64,000 nt of DNA, taken from NCBI GenBank assembly GCA_035539375.1, contig DATLIP010000010.1:6364-70363 (forward strand), written 5' to 3'. The notes beneath the pieces are model-generated. The model worked only from the letters and a program-made list of their open reading frames with translations, searched no databases and was not told the DNA's origin. Source of the stretch: Bdellovibrionota bacterium (GTDB lineage Bacteria > Bdellovibrionota > UBA2428). The position numbers were made by a program, and so were the translations under genes. Within the stretch, counting starts at the first letter, position 1. Every line of letters begins with the position of its first letter. This document shows positions 14,986 to 25,172 of the stretch, in pieces.

Positions 14986-16095
14986 ATGTTAATCGGAGTT
15001 CCAAAAGAAATAAAAAATTTCGAAAACCGCGTTGCCATTGTGCCGGCTGCCGTTAAAGCACTTGTCGACAGACAACACAAGGTACGCATTCAAACCGGCG
15101 CCGGTCTCGGCTCGGGCATCACCGACAAAGATTACGTCGCCTGCGGCGCCGAAATCGTCGCGACTGCCAAAGAAGCTTGGGCTGCCGATCTCGTGATGAA
15201 GGTGAAAGAACCCCAATCAAGCGAGTACGAATACCTGCGTCCAGGACTCTTGCTCTACACGTACTTGCACCTCGCTGCTGAGCCAGAACTCACGCAGGCG
15301 CTTATCAAGAACAAGGTGAACTCCATCGCCTACGAAACCATTCAGCTCAAAGACGGCTCGCTGCCGCTCTTGAAACCTATGAGTGAAGTCGCAGGTCGCA
15401 TGTCCACGCAAGTGGGCGCTACGCTCCTCGAAAACCGCTTCGGCGGCGCGGGCGTGCTCCTCGGCGGCGTGCCGGGCGTTGCGCGCGGCGTGGTGACTGT
15501 GATCGGTGGCGGTGTGGCCGGCATCAACGCGGCGAAGATCGCTGTGGGTCTTGGCGCTACGGTTAACGTGCTTGAGAAAAACCAAAAACGTCTCGAGTAC
15601 CTCGATGACATTTTCGGCACCTCGATCAACACGCTCATGTCGAACCCCCTCAACATCGAAGAAGCTGTGGTTCGCGCAGACGTCGTCATCGGCTCTGTGC
15701 TGATTCCGGGTGCTAAGGCTCCCAAGCTTGTCACTCGCAACATGATCAAGCGCATGCGTCCTGGCTCTGTGGTGGTAGACATCGCCATCGACCAAGGCGG
15801 TTGCTTTGAAACTTCGCGTCCGACTTCGCACCAGAGCCCGACTTATGTCGAAGAAGGCGTCACGCATTACTGCGTGACCAACATGCCTGGCGCCGTGGCG
15901 CGCACCTCGACCTTCGCGCTGACCAACTACACTCTCGACTACCTCTTGAAGCTGGTTTCGGGTCCCGTACAAGCCATCAAGTCCGACGAAGCGCTTGCGC
16001 TCGGCGTGAACACTTGGGGCGGCCATTGCACTTACAAACAAGTCGCGATGGACCTCGGTCTCGAATACACCCCGCTAGAGAAGGCTCTCGGGTAG
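14986..16095 (+). CDS. ald: Alanine dehydrogenase
   Basis: [22 protein letters not shown]-terminus and NAD-binding [22 protein letters not shown], about 370 aa. The first 43 codons of the tracked ORF are antisense to the NUDIX gene and are not used. Confidence 0.92.
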   Translation: MLIGVPKEIKNFENRVAIVPAAVKALVDRQHKVRIQTGAGLGSGITDKDYVACGAEIVATAKEAWAADLVMKVKEPQSSEYEYLRPGLLLYTYLHLAAEPELTQALIKNKVNSIAYETIQLKDGSLPLLKPMSEVAGRMSTQVGATLLENRFGGAGVLLGGVPGVARGVVTVIGGGVAGINAAKIAVGLGATVNVLEKNQKRLEYLDDIFGTSINTLMSNPLNIEEAVVRADVVIGSVLIPGAKAPKLVTRNMIKRMRPGSVVVDIAIDQGGCFETSRPTSHQSPTYVEEGVTHYCVTNMPGAVARTSTFALTNYTLDYLLKLVSGPVQAIKSDEALALGVNTWGGHCTYKQVAMDLGLEYTPLEKALG

Positions 16096-16103
16096 TTTCG
16101 CGA

Positions 16104-16862
16104 ATGTCCGACAAGAAGCTGCTGATCTGCATCCCGACCTACAACGAACGTGAAAATGTTCCGCTCCTCGTCGAAGAAATCTTTAAAGTGCTCCCTGCGG
16201 GCGCCCAAGTGCTTTTCATCGATGACAACAGTCCCGATGGTACGGGGGCGCTGATCGAAGACCTCGCCAAAGCCAATCCCAAGATTCACGGTTTGCACCG
16301 CAAGGGCAAGCTGGGTCTCGCCTCGGCCTATGTGGCCGGATTCGAGTGGGGATTGCGCGAAGGTTACGAGTGGGTGATGGAGATGGATGCGGACTTTTCG
16401 CACGATCCCGAACACCTGCGCGACTTCATGCGCCTCATCGGCGAAGGCAAGGCCACGGCCATCGTCGGTTCGCGCTATATCGAAGGCGGCGGGGTTTCCA
16501 ACTGGAGCCCCTCACGCGTGCTGCTCTCGCGCATGGGGTCCATCTACGCGCGCACGTGGCTGCGCCACTCAGTTTCGGATTTCACAGGCGGATTCAACGC
16601 CTGGCACCGCGACTTGCTCGCCAAGATGAATCTCGGCGACATCCAGTCCAAAGGTTACGCGTTTCAGATCGAGCTCAAGTACCGTGCGCTCGAAATCGGT
16701 GGCCGTCTTGTGGAAACTCCCATCGTGTTCCGCGAACGACGTTTCGGCGCCTCTAAGATGAGCGGCGACATCGTGCGCGAAGCCGTGATTGGTGTGATCA
16801 AGCTGCGCCTGCGCCGCGAACAAGACCAGCTATTTGATCCAAGTGCTGGGAATGGATCTTAA
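16104..16862 (+). CDS. GT2 polyprenol-phosphate mannosyl/glycosyl-transferase (Dpm1-like)
   Basis: LLICIPTYNERENVPLL, FIDDNSPDGTG, EMDADFSHDP. Start MSDKKL at ATG 16104, 9 nt after the ald stop. Confidence 0.85.
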   Translation: MSDKKLLICIPTYNERENVPLLVEEIFKVLPAGAQVLFIDDNSPDGTGALIEDLAKANPKIHGLHRKGKLGLASAYVAGFEWGLREGYEWVMEMDADFSHDPEHLRDFMRLIGEGKATAIVGSRYIEGGGVSNWSPSRVLLSRMGSIYARTWLRHSVSDFTGGFNAWHRDLLAKMNLGDIQSKGYAFQIELKYRALEIGGRLVETPIVFRERRFGASKMSGDIVREAVIGVIKLRLRREQDQLFDPSAGNGS

Positions 16863-18281
16863 GAACGCATCGATGAGCTCCACGCCGGCAGCCGGCTGGG
16901 GCTCGCTCTTGCCCGTCTGAGTACGAGGCGCAATCTTTTTGCCATCTACAAAATTGCCAAGCGATAGGGCGTGTGGTCCGAAGCCACGCACCACGTATTC
17001 GCGCACCCCGGTACCCGGGGGCAGCAGCGAGGCCGCCGTTTCCATCAGCCCGTCCGAAGGCGCGCGATAGCGAGCTTCGCGATACACGTGCTCTTGGAAC
17101 ATCAAATTCCATTCGTCGAGATACGACATGCCGTCCAGGGCTTCGGGGATCATTGCAAAAGAAACCCAGCGCATTTGCGGAAAGCGATCGCGCAGCGAGG
17201 TGGATTTGGGAGCGTAGACCCACGGCGAGTGCGATAGCGACTCGATGCCGGGCATGGCGTCGCGTTTGAAAACTTCCATCATGGTTCGGAAAAGTTCTGC
17301 ATTGGTGCGACGGACGTTCATCAACCAGTCGGCCACAAAGGATTCGCGCACCGATCCCGAAAGTGAAATGAAGATTTTGAGTTTGGCGCGTTCTTCGGCA
17401 CCGAGTTTTTGCGAATGCAAAAATACCCAATGCAAGAAATCTGCGACGCCCTTGGAGGCGCCGACGAAGATGGCTCGGTCCACCTTGGCGAGTTGCTGCG
17501 CCATCTGGGCGGCGATCTGAGCAGCGTTGTTCTTAGAGGAATCCGCAGGGCCGGTTTCAAAAGTATGTGTTACAAAACCCAGCTTGCGAGCGTAGTTTGA
17601 GGCTTCGCGAATTTGATCGCGATTGGGGCTGTGGTCGCTCACATCGATACCCAGGAAAAAGAAAATCCCCGTTCGTGAGTGATTGAGCGAGGCGTCCGCG
17701 ACCACCGCATCGGCAGCGCGCCAGCGTGCGTTGGCGGCCGCTTGGCGGAGGCGTGTTTCGAAAGCGCCACCCTCGGGATCCCTGCGGCGCATGAGATCCA
17801 CGAGCAGGTCGCGCGTTTGCGTGAGTCCGATTTTGAGCGCGCTGCTGCGAGACCACTTCAGCAGGTCACTTTTTTGAGGATCCACGCTGGCGATCTCGCG
17901 TCCGAGCTGGCGGGCACTGAGGCAATCGGGCGAGCCCGAGAGAAACACGTAGTAGCAGCGTTGTTCCTGAGTGCTGAGATCGGAGCGGGGCTTGAGCCAA
18001 GCGAGCGCCACGCCGTCGTAGCGTGAGCGGCCCACCTTGCGGTAGATCTTCGGGCGGATTTGGTAATCGGTGACATAATAATAGTCACCGGCCTCGCGGT
18101 TGGTGAGCGCCGCGCGCACGTGGTCGGGCAGGGGGCTCATGGTCTCGTCTTTGAGGTAGACGGCCTTGGACACCGGAGGCTCTCCGGGCTTGGCCTGGGC
18201 CATGGCGCCGGCGCCGAGCGCGGTGATGAGGCCTAGTTTTGCAAAAAAAATGCACGCGCGTTGCGCTTTAAAAATTCCCAC
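16830..18281 (-). CDS. Secreted protein, function unknown (possible alpha/beta-hydrolase-like, GxSxG)
   Basis: Signal MGIFKAQRACIFFAKLGLITALGAGAMAQA. FVGASKGVADFL contains G-A-S-K-G. No other motif recognised. Confidence 0.4.
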   Translation of the reverse strand: MGIFKAQRACIFFAKLGLITALGAGAMAQAKPGEPPVSKAVYLKDETMSPLPDHVRAALTNREAGDYYYVTDYQIRPKIYRKVGRSRYDGVALAWLKPRSDLSTQEQRCYYVFLSGSPDCLSARQLGREIASVDPQKSDLLKWSRSSALKIGLTQTRDLLVDLMRRRDPEGGAFETRLRQAAANARWRAADAVVADASLNHSRTGIFFFLGIDVSDHSPNRDQIREASNYARKLGFVTHTFETGPADSSKNNAAQIAAQMAQQLAKVDRAIFVGASKGVADFLHWVFLHSQKLGAEERAKLKIFISLSGSVRESFVADWLMNVRRTNAELFRTMMEVFKRDAMPGIESLSHSPWVYAPKSTSLRDRFPQMRWVSFAMIPEALDGMSYLDEWNLMFQEHVYREARYRAPSDGLMETAASLLPPGTGVREYVVRGFGPHALSLGNFVDGKKIAPRTQTGKSEPQPAAGVELIDAFLRSIPSTWIK

Positions 18282-18308
18282 CCCAATGTCCCCCGTCTAT
18301 TTTTCGCC

Positions 18309-19259
18309 TTAGTTGGCTTCCTCTTTGAGCGAGTACCAGCCCCGCAAGTTGATCAAATGATTTCCAAGCCAGCCGTAGCGTTTGGCGAGCTTTTTCAGCT
18401 CGGCTGAGTCGCCGCGGCACTCAAAGCCCATCTCGCGCGCCCGCGAAGTAACTTTTTGCAGGATCGTCTGTATACGAAAGGCTGAGCAATTGACCGACTC
18501 GCTCCAGGCCAGATCCACGTAGTGGTCGAGCTTCACGCGCGTGCTCACCTGCCAGCGATTTTGCCGGCATGTCACGAAGGGGCCGCGCTGGTGGCGCGAT
18601 CCGAAAATGTCGCGCTCGTAACCTAGGATATGGTTCCAAAAACGGTGACCCTGAAAATTCGCCGCGAGATCGGCATAAGAATAGACTCCTGTGTTGGTCG
18701 CGCCGAGGTAGGTTTGCTCGCTGCGCTCACCGAGCGCGAGGGCGTCTTCGATGGGACGTTTCTCCCAATGGTAAATTTTAAAGTACTTATAGCCCCACGC
18801 AAAAAAGTGCTCGAACTTGTCGAGGCCCACGACCACGTTGCCGAGTCGGAGTACCGGCGATAAGATTTTGTCAGAGCCGCTGACCACCTTGTTGAGTCCG
18901 AGGGCTTCCATGGTTTTTACGTCTCGGTAGATCGACTCTGGCTTAGGTGTGTAGAGCGGGTGCACGCCCGGATCGCGCAGAGCGCGTTTCACGAAATCGC
19001 CGAAAAAGTGATGGTGAAAATGATCGCGCAGTTCTTTGTACAACACCGCATCTTGGCAGCCTCGGCCCTTGGCGTTGGCCCGATCGACACCCTCTTGCAT
19101 CAGGCGATTGATCATGGCTTCAATCGCTGGTTGCGAGTCGGCAAGCTTGGCGCCGGTGCGGCGGTATGAAAATTCGTCCACCTCTGCGGCGCGCGCTGCG
19201 AGTGGCGCGTGCAAAACGGCGATCCCTAACACGAACGATAATGATTTTCCCCACCCCAT
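18309..19259 (-). CDS. Secreted protein, function unknown
   Basis: Signal MGWGKSLSFVLGIAVLHAPLAARA|AEV. 316 aa with no motif I can name. Confidence 0.4.
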   Translation of the reverse strand: MGWGKSLSFVLGIAVLHAPLAARAAEVDEFSYRRTGAKLADSQPAIEAMINRLMQEGVDRANAKGRGCQDAVLYKELRDHFHHHFFGDFVKRALRDPGVHPLYTPKPESIYRDVKTMEALGLNKVVSGSDKILSPVLRLGNVVVGLDKFEHFFAWGYKYFKIYHWEKRPIEDALALGERSEQTYLGATNTGVYSYADLAANFQGHRFWNHILGYERDIFGSRHQRGPFVTCRQNRWQVSTRVKLDHYVDLAWSESVNCSAFRIQTILQKVTSRAREMGFECRGDSAELKKLAKRYGWLGNHLINLRGWYSLKEEAN

Positions 19260-19339
19260 CGTGAGGCTATCGCTAGTATGCTCAAAACGTGTTGCACGAC
19301 TTAATAGAGCTTAATACGAATGCCGCGCCGCACACTTTC

Positions 19340-19417
19340 AAAAAGAACCTAGTTCCTTAACCCCGTACCTTTTGGGTGCCAGGTTATGGTAGCGGGTTAA
19401 GGAACTAGGTTCTTTTT
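19340..19417. repeat. Perfect 24-nt inverted repeat with 30-nt loop (palindrome family, site c)
   Basis: AAAAAGAACCTAGTTCCTTAACCC (19340-19363) and its exact reverse complement (19394-19417). The loop carries GGGTGCCAGGTTATGG. The right arm encodes the last codons and stop of addA. Confidence 0.9.
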
Positions 19418-22363
19418 AAAGAGCCATTTCAGGCGCACTTCGGGTTCGAAGATGATCGCGAGTGACCAGATCTCCACTTTTGGAATCACCGGTGCGAGTG
19501 AAGAGGCGTAGAGCGCCACTTGGGCTTCGGTTTTGACGAGTTTCAGTTCCGCTGTTGCGGACCATTCGGTAGACGAGGATTTCCAGTCGAGCACGATGGC
19601 CTCGCCCGGCGCACGGAACCATACGAGGTCGGCAAAGCCGCTCAAACGGTAGCGATCGCGGTGTACAAAGAGGCCCATCTCGCGCTGCACGCGTTCGGGG
19701 TGCGCTTGGGCATCGGCCCAGAGTGGCTGCAGTTCGTCAAAAGCGGCAAGTTGTTCTAGCGCCGAGCGTAGTTTCGTGCGCTGTTCCGGCAAGGTGTGGG
19801 TTAAAAATTCGCCGATGGATTCGGCGCGGCCATCCCAGCGTTCGAGAACTTTGTGCAGGGCAGAGCCGAGCTCTTTGGCGCTGTTGGGATCCACCGGAGT
19901 CGCGCTGAGAGGTCTCGGCACGGAAATGTTCGAAAGGGGAATCAAAGGCTGTTCTAGCGGGAACATCACTTCATCGATGTAAGTGCGCGTGCCCGAACGT
20001 TTGAGCTCCGGCGGCAGCTCTCCCCATTCGGAGCGAGGAGCGGGTAGGGTCCACGCTTCGGTGCCAAGGCTAGCGGATTCTTCAGTGCGCTCGAGGCGGC
20101 GCTCACGAACCGGCACGTGATCCGCCACGCGCGCGGCGGCTTCGCTCACCACGCCCTGCCAGCCGAGGCCTTCGGTGCGGGGCCATCCCCATACCGCGGA
20201 CTCGAGACTTTCGCTGCGTTTGGCGCTGTCGCCGCGTTCATCCAGGTAAAAGAACAAATTCCGCTCGGCGCGGGTATAAGCCACATAAAATAGCCGCTTC
20301 TTCTCGGCGAGCACGCGCTGATCGTCCTGAACCTTTTTGTACTTAAAGTAGAGCGGCTTGAGGATTTTGCCACTGGCGCTGCGCAGGGGAAGGGATTCGA
20401 GGCTCTCTTCTTCGTCCGCGTCGCTCACGCTATGGGCGGCGCCTCGTCGACTGCCGCTGAAAAGTTCGATGAGAAATACCGAGTCGTACTGCAGCCCTTT
20501 GGATTTGTGAATCGTGGTGATCACCACTTTGCCCGCGCGCTCACCGCCCGCGAAGTATTCGCTCGGGGAGTCGAGGTTGAGGCGCGTGTTCATGGACTTT
20601 TCAAAGGAGGAGGCAAGTTCCAGAGCGCCTGGAATCCAGCGCAGTTGCGCGCAGTGCGCCTGCAGCCAGGTTTCGAGCGAGGCGAGCCAGGCACTGCCCT
20701 CGGGCCAGCGGTGGGGAGCCGCCGCGCGCACAAAGAGTCTGAGCCACGCGCGTGGGTCTTGAGCCGGCGGCGTTTCTTCATCAACAAGCGGCACGAGATC
20801 CCACTCACGCGCCAGGTGATTCCAGTACTCTCGCGCTTCGCCGCTCGCTGCGGAATCCTGCGCTTTGAGAAAGGCAATCCACAGCGCGCTGAGGTGGTGC
20901 TGACTGAGGTCGAGATCGTTGCCGAGCTCCACGGGGATGCCGCGACGTGCGAGTTCTTCAAAGGCGGCAAAAGCGCGGCTCCACTGCTGGCAGAGAATGG
21001 CTTTGGAAGCCTCGCTCGGCAGCGCACGGATGTCACGCGCCAGATCATCCCAGAACTTGGGATCTTTTTTGTCACCTACGGTGACGAGTGTGATTTCCGA
21101 AGTAGAGCTTTGCGAGGCGAGGATCTTTTCGTCGCAGGGCTGCAGGGTTTGGGGAGCCGGGTCGCTCTCGGGATCGTTAAAAATGCCGCGCGTGAGCTCG
21201 TTCATAAAGGTGAGCGCGTGCGGATAAGAACGGCGGTTGATGTCGAGGCTCGAGAGCTGGAGCTTTTGTTTTTGGCTTTCGAAAACGCGCACGTCGCCGC
21301 CGCGGAAGGAATAAATGGCCTGCTTGGGGTCGCCCACAAAATAGAGTTCGGTGGACTCGTGCATCAGGAGCTCTAAGATTTCCACCTGGCGGCGATTTGT
21401 GTCTTGAAACTCGTCGACAATGATGAGGTCGTATTTGGGAGCCTCCTGGGGATGCTCGGAGAGAAACTTTTGCGTTTCGACTTCGAGCGCATCGAAATCC
21501 AGCAGCGGCGGAGCCGAACGCTGGACCTCTTCGAGAAAATCAAAAAGCACCGAATAGGCGAGTTTTTCGCGGCCGCGAGTGTCGGCATTCAGGTACTCGT
21601 GCAGATCTTTTTGCGCAAAGTCGCGGGCGAGGCCCGCGAGCGCGCGGAACTCAGGATGATCCTTGGCCCAGGCGGGTTTGTGACCTTTGCCGTTGAACTT
21701 GATCTCGGCGAGTTTGGACCACTCACGAGTCTCTAGGGCTTCGAGCGTTTGGTAGGGCCAAACTTCAGGGTTCTCGAACATCGTAGGGTCGAGAGTGGAA
21801 AACTTTTTACAAACGGCGAGGCTTTCGCGAATCCAGCGCTCGGAACGTTCGGTAACCTGGCGGTAGACCTCGTCGATCTCGGACTCGAGCTCGCGTCGCG
21901 GGCGTCGCCAATTGGCCACGCAAAATTGGTAAAGGCGCTTGAGATCCACAAGCCGCTGCACGGATTCCGAAAGTGGCGAGGTCGCCAGTACCCCCAGCAC
22001 GTGGCTCATCTTGTGCGCCTGCGACTCGATGAGGGAGAGCACGTCGCCATCACTGTAGCCGAGTTTGGGAAGATGCGGTTTGATGACTTTGTAACAAAAG
22101 GAGTGGAAGGTCGAAATGCGTCCCTGCTCCTCGACCGAGCGCGCGAGCTCGAGCTCACGGGCGTCTACGAGCGCCTGCACAATGCGCGTGCGCATCTCGG
22201 TGGCGGCATCGTTGGTGAAGGTCAGAGTAAGAATCTTGCTGGGCGTGGTGCGACGGGAGGCGCGGCTGGCGCCCTCGCGATAAACGCCCAGGGCGGCAAG
22301 GTAGCGTGTGACCAGTCCGTATGTTTTGCCGCAACCCGCGCCGGCTTCGACGATCTCCCTCAT
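19397..22363 (-). CDS. addA: UvrD/Rep-family helicase with C-terminal RecB-type nuclease (AddA-like)
   Basis: Walker A EAGAGCGKTYG, motif II LIIVDEFQDTNRRQ, and C-terminal nuclease motif GFADLVWF...IVLDWKSS. ATGA overlap with the upstream addB-like stop. Confidence 0.8.
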   Translation of the reverse strand: MREIVEAGAGCGKTYGLVTRYLAALGVYREGASRASRRTTPSKILTLTFTNDAATEMRTRIVQALVDARELELARSVEEQGRISTFHSFCYKVIKPHLPKLGYSDGDVLSLIESQAHKMSHVLGVLATSPLSESVQRLVDLKRLYQFCVANWRRPRRELESEIDEVYRQVTERSERWIRESLAVCKKFSTLDPTMFENPEVWPYQTLEALETREWSKLAEIKFNGKGHKPAWAKDHPEFRALAGLARDFAQKDLHEYLNADTRGREKLAYSVLFDFLEEVQRSAPPLLDFDALEVETQKFLSEHPQEAPKYDLIIVDEFQDTNRRQVEILELLMHESTELYFVGDPKQAIYSFRGGDVRVFESQKQKLQLSSLDINRRSYPHALTFMNELTRGIFNDPESDPAPQTLQPCDEKILASQSSTSEITLVTVGDKKDPKFWDDLARDIRALPSEASKAILCQQWSRAFAAFEELARRGIPVELGNDLDLSQHHLSALWIAFLKAQDSAASGEAREYWNHLAREWDLVPLVDEETPPAQDPRAWLRLFVRAAAPHRWPEGSAWLASLETWLQAHCAQLRWIPGALELASSFEKSMNTRLNLDSPSEYFAGGERAGKVVITTIHKSKGLQYDSVFLIELFSGSRRGAAHSVSDADEEESLESLPLRSASGKILKPLYFKYKKVQDDQRVLAEKKRLFYVAYTRAERNLFFYLDERGDSAKRSESLESAVWGWPRTEGLGWQGVVSEAAARVADHVPVRERRLERTEESASLGTEAWTLPAPRSEWGELPPELKRSGTRTYIDEVMFPLEQPLIPLSNISVPRPLSATPVDPNSAKELGSALHKVLERWDGRAESIGEFLTHTLPEQRTKLRSALEQLAAFDELQPLWADAQAHPERVQREMGLFVHRDRYRLSGFADLVWFRAPGEAIVLDWKSSSTEWSATAELKLVKTEAQVALYASSLAPVIPKVEIWSLAIIFEPEVRLKWLFKKNLVP

Positions 22364-24654
22364 GCCTCGCCCTCCGCTGAGGTGGCGGCAAAGTAGGGCC
22401 GGCCGCAGATGACTTTGGTGGGACAGGTCTCACAGAGCGTTTCTTTGAGCGGACGGCGCAGGAATTCTCCCCGGCGCACGGTTTCACTCGCGCTTTCCAT
22501 GGCGGATGCAAATTCGCGTTCGCTCTCTGCAATTTCTTTGGCGTCGAGAAAGCGAGCGCCGTAGTCTCGCATCGGGAGCCGTGCGATCAGTTGTTCACAA
22601 GTGTCTTCGTCGAGATGATCGCGCAAAAAGTAGATGCCCGACTTTTCGGGACGCAGCAGTTGCACGTAGCCGCCACCGACAACTTGAACACCGAGCTCCT
22701 GCTCGACCATCTTGGCGTAGAGATACCACTGAATTTTGCGGTGACTCGGGCCCATCATGGTTGAGAGCTTCAACGCGAATTCCCCGCCGCTTTTGTAATC
22801 CCATAGCAGCACGTGCTCGGGCCCGATGAAGTCGATGCGGTCCATTTTGCCTTTGACGGCCAGGCCGTGCACGGTGGCGCGGTGGTGCGATTCCAGGCGA
22901 AAGGTTCTCTGGGGCCAGAGCTTTTGCAGAGGGAATTCGAAGTTCTCGAGGTAGAGCGCCAGGTCCTCGGCGAATTTGGGTATGCGGTGGCGCAGCGAGG
23001 CCAGGTAAGCGGGTGAGGAGATCTCTCCGAAGAATTTCTCCAGGTTCTCACCTAGCGAGGCGCGAAGAGCGTCGCGCGGGTCGCGCTCAAAGTCCGGCTG
23101 CTTGAAAAAATCTTCGAGTGCCCGGTGCAGCCATTCGCCGCGGCGGAGGGCGTTGATGCTGAGTGCGTCGCGCTCGGGCATCTCGCGCGTGCGGCGCACA
23201 CGCTGGTCGTAAAATCGGTAACCACAGCGCAAAAGATCTTCGAGACTCGAAGGTGAGAATTGCTCGAGCGAAGTGCGCTCGAGCGCGTTCAGCGCGGGCG
23301 GGGCGGGGGCAGGGCCGACCGTGCTCACGAGGGCCGCGGCAAGTTCCCAGCGGGTAAAGTCTTCGGCGCGCTCGCACCAAAATTCGCGAGCGCCGAGAGT
23401 TTCGTCTGCGTCGTGGGTGATCTTGACGTGGTTGTTGATGAGCAGCTGATTGACGGGGTGAGGAAGAGGCGCGCGCGTTTTGGCGAGCCTCGATAGAGGG
23501 TCAAAGAGTTCGCGAAAATCTTCGGCGTGGGTCACAAGGCAAATGCTCGCGCGCGGAAGCGCCCAGGCATCGTCAAGGCTGATGCAGTGAACACCCGCAG
23601 CAGCCCACCGCGAATGCACTTCCGCCGAGGCGGCATTCGTATTTAAGGTGCCGGCAAAGTCGGCGGCGGCGAGAATCTCACGCACCGGAAAATCCTCAAT
23701 CGAGCGGTGCCGAGCGATGATCTCTCGCAAGGGCGAGAGATCGGGGTGTTCGGGGTCGCGTGCGTAGTCCAGGCGCTTGGGGGATTCGGGAATCGCGGGA
23801 AGGTCCAGCCCCCAACGCGAGATCTCCGACTCGAGCAAGGTGTAGGCGAGCGGGCGCAGCGCGCCGGTGATCACAAAGGACGAAGGTCGCACGGATCTGT
23901 CGTGCTGCGGAACGCGTTCGTAGTGGGGGGCACCGAAATGATCTTCGGTGGCCGGCCGGTAGTAAATCACTTGGCAGTACGGACTGGTTTCGAGCGCGTG
24001 AAAAAATTCATTCTCCAGAGGAAACGCATTTTTTAAGAGAGGCACATGCACCGCGATGGGCTCGTCTCCGGAGATCATCCACGGGTTGCGTTCAAAAAGC
24101 GTGAGAACTTGCGCACGGCTGAGGCTCGGCATTTCACGCGCGACGCGCTCCAGGCGGTGCCAGCGCGAGCCTACGAGGTTGGCCTCTCGGCAGAAATGCG
24201 ACCAGTAGAGGGTGGTGACGACAGCCGGAAGCCAGTCGGTGAGTTCGGGGTCCTTTTCATCCTTGGCGTCGCCGTAAACCCCTTGCCACACTTCGGGGTC
24301 GGTGGAGCAAGCAAGTAGGGTGTCCACACGGTCCCAGGAATCGGCGAGGGTGGTGAGTGAGGCCTCAGGCCAGAGCGTGAGCCAGCGGTCGATGAGTTCG
24401 AGCTTCGAGAGCTCGGCTGGGATATCGGCCACTTTGTCAAAAGCGCGGGCGAGGCGATGGGTGGTAAAAACGCCGGGGCTGGGCCAGGGGTGCTGGCAGC
24501 GGGCAGGGTCCGAGCGAAAGTCCATCAGCACCTGTTCGGCCGAAGGGCCTACGGCGCGGTCGGGAAACACGATGACGTCGCGGTGGCGCAGGTTGGCCCC
24601 GCGGTCTTCAAAGAGCTTTAGGTAGTCTCGATAGCGACGTTCGGACGAGCTCAC
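22360..24654 (-). CDS. addB: PD-(D/E)xK nuclease subunit with Fe-S cysteines (AddB-like)
   Basis: KGKMDRIDFIGPEHVLLWDYKSGG (nuclease) and a C-terminal CETCPTKVIC (CxxCxxxxxC) cluster as in AddB. No intact Walker A noticed. GTG start overlaps the ferredoxin stop (GTGA). Confidence 0.7.
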   Translation of the reverse strand: MSSSERRYRDYLKLFEDRGANLRHRDVIVFPDRAVGPSAEQVLMDFRSDPARCQHPWPSPGVFTTHRLARAFDKVADIPAELSKLELIDRWLTLWPEASLTTLADSWDRVDTLLACSTDPEVWQGVYGDAKDEKDPELTDWLPAVVTTLYWSHFCREANLVGSRWHRLERVAREMPSLSRAQVLTLFERNPWMISGDEPIAVHVPLLKNAFPLENEFFHALETSPYCQVIYYRPATEDHFGAPHYERVPQHDRSVRPSSFVITGALRPLAYTLLESEISRWGLDLPAIPESPKRLDYARDPEHPDLSPLREIIARHRSIEDFPVREILAAADFAGTLNTNAASAEVHSRWAAAGVHCISLDDAWALPRASICLVTHAEDFRELFDPLSRLAKTRAPLPHPVNQLLINNHVKITHDADETLGAREFWCERAEDFTRWELAAALVSTVGPAPAPPALNALERTSLEQFSPSSLEDLLRCGYRFYDQRVRRTREMPERDALSINALRRGEWLHRALEDFFKQPDFERDPRDALRASLGENLEKFFGEISSPAYLASLRHRIPKFAEDLALYLENFEFPLQKLWPQRTFRLESHHRATVHGLAVKGKMDRIDFIGPEHVLLWDYKSGGEFALKLSTMMGPSHRKIQWYLYAKMVEQELGVQVVGGGYVQLLRPEKSGIYFLRDHLDEDTCEQLIARLPMRDYGARFLDAKEIAESEREFASAMESASETVRRGEFLRRPLKETLCETCPTKVICGRPYFAATSAEGEA

Positions 24655-25172
24655 GCTTGCGGAGGTTCGTCGCCACTGGGAGCGGCGGCGGCGCTGTCCA
24701 CGTCAGTGACGGCAGCGGCAGTTTCGGCGGCGGGTGCGCTTTCTTCTTCCTCAGCGCCCCAGAGCATGTCTTTGCCCTGGCGGGGAAGCTTCACGACGGT
24801 TTTCAGGGTCCACTCATTGGCCTTGTCGAAAGCCACATCGCTCGCGATCATGTCGATGGTGTCCCAGGGGCAGTATTTAGCGCAGAGTTTGCAACCGATG
24901 CAGCGGTCGAGATCGACTTCGACGGTCTGGCCGTGTTGCACGAATTTGGTGCCCGGAACGATTTCGATGCAGTCTACGGGGCAGAACTGAATGCAGGCCT
25001 CACAGCCCGTGCAGCCCGACTGGTTGATCACCGCCAGCACTTTGGGCAGTTTGATCTTGCGCGCAGGCTTTTCCAGCATGGCATCAAAGGTTTCTTGGGC
25101 CTTCTTGGCCGACTCGTCGCTATAGTCGAACATATAGCCGGTATTATAACCCAAAAGCCTTAAAGGGGCCAC
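24651..25172 (-). CDS. 2x[4Fe-4S] ferredoxin-domain protein
   Basis: CTGCEACIQFCPVDCI and CIGCKLCAKYCPWDTI, with an acidic/Ala-rich C-terminal tail. The tracked start is GTG 25172 (AAAGGGG upstream). An alternative ATG at 25133 (MFDYSDE) lies just after a TATAAT (minus strand, 25148-25143). Confidence 0.8.
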   Translation of the reverse strand: MAPLRLLGYNTGYMFDYSDESAKKAQETFDAMLEKPARKIKLPKVLAVINQSGCTGCEACIQFCPVDCIEIVPGTKFVQHGQTVEVDLDRCIGCKLCAKYCPWDTIDMIASDVAFDKANEWTLKTVVKLPRQGKDMLWGAEEEESAPAAETAAAVTDVDSAAAAPSGDEPPQA

